This document shows, piece after piece, positions 53,887-56,139 of a stretch of 56,139 nt of DNA. The notes beneath the pieces are model-generated. The model made no database searches. It saw only the letters and a program-made list of their open reading frames with translations, and had not been told where the DNA came from. The stretch comes from a virus. Numbering within the stretch: position 1 is the first letter of the stretch; the number at the start of each line of letters is the position of its first letter. The position numbers and the translations under genes were made by a program. The stretch lies in IMG/VR virus record IMGVR_UViG_3300045988_062174. The stretch is one strand, 5' to 3'.

Positions 53887-54504
53887 ATGGAAAGGCAGAG
53901 TGAGCAGGAACTGTTAGCAATCGTACCTGTGGAAACGGAGAGTCTGGAGGGAAACAGAATCTACCAGGTAACAGGGAGAGAACTGACACAGATAGCGGAA
54001 ATATCTGCGAGAGAAGCGGTCAAAATGTGCAGAGAAGAGCGAAAAAAGACCGAAAAACGTGAGCAGAGTAACGCTGATAAGGTAAAAAGAACCAAGAAAT
54101 TGTTATCAGACTACCGTAGACTGAAAAGGGAAATCCCGGAAAACGAAGAATTTACGGAAGGCGAGAAAGTAGAAAAACGATGGGCGTTCCTAAGAGATTT
54201 GATGGGTTCGGCACATATCAATAGCCAAGAAAGCGTAGTAGAGAAAGAAGAAAAACGCAGGGCGGAGAATATGTATTACATCAACCGGATAGAGCGTGCG
54301 ATTGAGACGTACCGGGAGGAGTGCGAAACATCGAAAAAGCCAGAAGCTATGCGGTGTTACAGGGAGGTGTACGAATACTACATAGCGGAGGAAGAAAAGA
54401 CGGTTGCTCAGATTGCGAGTGAGGAATGCGTGAGTGAGAAGACTGTCTATAAGGACATCGGGAACGCCTGCAAGATCATAGCTGTGTACCTGTTGGGTGT
54501 GTGA
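53887..54504 (+). CDS. Late transcriptional regulator, sigma-70 region-4-like / ArpU-type, putative
   Basis: The C-terminal HTH reads EEEKTVAQIASEECVSEKTVYKDIGNACKIIAVYLL. It is positioned upstream of the packaging genes. AAGGAGG lies before the ATG at 53887, although the frame is open from 53809. Confidence 0.5.
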   Translation: MERQSEQELLAIVPVETESLEGNRIYQVTGRELTQIAEISAREAVKMCREERKKTEKREQSNADKVKRTKKLLSDYRRLKREIPENEEFTEGEKVEKRWAFLRDLMGSAHINSQESVVEKEEKRRAENMYYINRIERAIETYREECETSKKPEAMRCYREVYEYYIAEEEKTVAQIASEECVSEKTVYKDIGNACKIIAVYLLGV

Positions 54505-54627
54505 GAAAACCGGGTTCAAAAACAGTAGAAAATATGGAATTGACGAGGGTAAAATACCTGTGGTAACGTAGTAAGTGCCAAAAGCCCATATGTCACACCA
54601 TAAAAATGGAGCACTGTGAATCGACTT

Positions 54628-54679
54628 TTCCTTCTCTGATGGCTGAGCGGTCTTCGGACCGCAAAGCCGGAGGAAGGGA
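54628..54679 (+). other. Extended three-helix hairpin with a UUCG-capped tip (GCGGTC-TTCG-GACCGC)
   Basis: Folded by eye. There is no flanking U-run, so it is not a canonical terminator. Confidence 0.4.
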
Positions 54680-54711
54680 TTCTTAAAAAACGGTAAACAG
54701 CCTGTATTCCC

Positions 54712-54739
54712 TGTACTTAGGTAGGTAATCTGGTATAAT
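54712..54739 (+). promoter_or_regulatory. Extended -10 promoter (TGgTATAAT) upstream of the DUF488-like / MTase genes
   Basis: TG at 54731-32 and TATAAT at 54734-39, with a weak -35. Confidence 0.4.
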
Positions 54740-54788
54740 TAAAGTATGGAAAACAACGGTTTCTCAAGGGAAAAGGAGCAGACGGACA

Positions 54789-55289
54789 ATGGGAATTTAT
54801 ACGAGCAGATATAGCAACAAAGAGCTTGCAGATGGCAAATATTACTGTGTAGGAATCAGCATCGGGACGCCGAAATTCAAACTGGCGTACAGACTGGAAA
54901 ACCAGTGCTACTCACTGGCACCGAAAGGGTATATGCTGAGAATGAACCTGGAAGATTTCAAGAAAGCCTATTACGAGAAGCTGAACGGCATAGGCAAGGA
55001 CAGAATCATCAACATGGTTATGAAGATGGAACGTGACGCATCGGCCCAGGGAAAGGATTTGGTCCTCCTGTGCTACGAGGACGTGAGAATCCCGGAAGAT
55101 TGGTGTCACAGAACTGTTTTTGCTGAGTGGTGGGTGGAGAACACTGGAGAGATTATCGAAGAACTTCCAGACCCGAATCCCCCGAAGGGAAAGAAGGTAG
55201 CAACGACAAGTAAGAAGCCCGAAGTGCAGACGAAGCCGGATGATGGCTACCAGCAAATGAGTCTGTTTGGTATGGGCGCTTTAATATAA
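54789..55289 (+). CDS. DUF488-like protein (166 aa), uncertain
   Basis: The N-terminus MGIYTSRYSNKEL...VGISIGTPKF resembles a DUF488 subgroup. GGAAAAGGAG RBS. Confidence 0.4.
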   Translation: MGIYTSRYSNKELADGKYYCVGISIGTPKFKLAYRLENQCYSLAPKGYMLRMNLEDFKKAYYEKLNGIGKDRIINMVMKMERDASAQGKDLVLLCYEDVRIPEDWCHRTVFAEWWVENTGEIIEELPDPNPPKGKKVATTSKKPEVQTKPDDGYQQMSLFGMGALI

Positions 55290-55435
55290 TATCCGGAGCT
55301 GGTGTAGGCAGCACACGACTATTCCATAGTTGAGGCCCTGTTCATCGCAGGGCTCCGGTCCAAAAACAACGGCATCGCATCCGAAAGGGTACGGTGCCTT
55401 TTTAATGCAACGAGAGAAGGGAGAGTTGATAAGCA

Positions 55436-56139
55436 ATGGCATTTTTCAGAGACCCAGGAGAGATGTTCTTGGGATGCTTGGGTACGGTGGAGCAGAGATA
55501 CTTGGTAAATCTGATAAAGAATGCTGCGAAGAACGGGTATACGAGGTTCGTAGAGCCATGTGCCGGAACATTCGCCATGAGCAATCTGGCAATCCAGAAT
55601 GGGTATAAGCCGGAGCAGATCGAGACAAGCGATGTGTCTATGATGAGTTCGGTTATGGGGTATGCCATTACGGGCAAGCCGCTTGACGAACTGGAGATAC
55701 ACGCCCAGAGCTTTTCTGATGAGGAGCTGTTGGACCCGGCAGTTGCCTTGTATGCTCAGATGTATCTTAGAACATCGAAGACAGCCGGTAACGAGTATTT
55801 CTTTAATCTGCTGAAAGATTTGAGAGACAGAAGAGAGGAACACATTGAGCATATCCGGCAGAGTTTAGAGAACATCAAGAAGGAAATGTACGGTATGACA
55901 TACCGACCGTTGGATATGTGGGATCATCTGGACGAGGTGCTTGACGATCCCCACACGCTGGTTATTGCCAATCCGCCGACCTACTTCTCCGGCTATGAGA
56001 AGTTCTATGACACACAGGGGAAAATGACCTGGAAGGAACCAGAGTATAAGCTGTTCGACCCGGAAACAGGACACGTTGAGTTGTTTGACCGGTGCATGAA
56101 TGCGAATGCGCTGGTTGTTTGCTACCAGGAAAAAAAAAC
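55436..56139 (+). CDS. N-terminal part of a Dam-like N6-adenine DNA methyltransferase (open at the window end; continues at base 100 via the circular junction)
   Basis: My own translation from the ATG at 55436 gives the SAM motif FVEPCAGTFA (from 55547) and the catalytic NPPTY (from 55970). There is no stop before the end of the window. Confidence 0.8.
   Translation, partial: MAFFRDPGEMFLGCLGTVEQRYLVNLIKNAAKNGYTRFVEPCAGTFAMSNLAIQNGYKPEQIETSDVSMMSSVMGYAITGKPLDELEIHAQSFSDEELLDPAVALYAQMYLRTSKTAGNEYFFNLLKDLRDRREEHIEHIRQSLENIKKEMYGMTYRPLDMWDHLDEVLDDPHTLVIANPPTYFSGYEKFYDTQGKMTWKEPEYKLFDPETGHVELFDRCMNANALVVCYQEKK
56041..56139. repeat. Terminal overlap copy 2 (identical to 1-99)
   Basis: Direct comparison. 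Confidence 0.95.

Noticed and set aside
54505-54788. tRNA or other small RNA gene in the spacer after the late regulator
   Set aside because: The hairpin does not fold into a cloverleaf and has no T-loop or anticodon-arm features. I kept it only as an unexplained structured element.

Overview
The window is a complete, circularly closed genome of about 56,040 bp. Bases 1-99 are identical to 56041-56139. It looks like a temperate siphovirus-type phage of a Gram-positive, probably Clostridia-like, host. The host call rests on AGGAGG-type ribosome binding sites, a large serine integrase, an LL-H-type holin and a PG-binding/SH3 endolysin.

Gene order on the + strand:
- A Dam-like N6-adenine methyltransferase that spans the contig junction.
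- ParB-nuclease-domain protein, TerS, TerL, portal, MuF-like head protein.
- A tandem-DUF2829 (Tad2-like) moron followed by its own terminator.
- Scaffold, major capsid, connectors, tail tube, chaperones, a 1177-aa tape measure, Dit and Tal.
- A tail fibre whose C-terminus is the variable region of a diversity-generating retroelement (DGR: VR, TR, reverse transcriptase, with no recognisable Avd).
- A multi-component lysis cassette.
- An 11-kb early accessory region of about 35 small genes, driven by two identical copies of a 96-bp promoter/operator module. It includes a Lar-type restriction-alleviation gene, a Rha-like regulator and a 465-aa ParB.

A minus-strand lysogeny block follows: large serine integrase, then a two-gene moron (a PD-(D/E)xK-like nuclease carrying a C9 tract plus a 107-aa partner), then a cI-like repressor. 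After a divergent switch region come the + strand genes for Cro-like HTH proteins, RecT and exonuclease, replisome organizer and loader, RusA, DUF1351, a late sigma-like regulator and a DUF488-like protein.

No tRNA, rRNA, CRISPR array or IS element was seen. All family names come from motifs I recognise by eye. No database search was possible, so they need HMM or structure confirmation.
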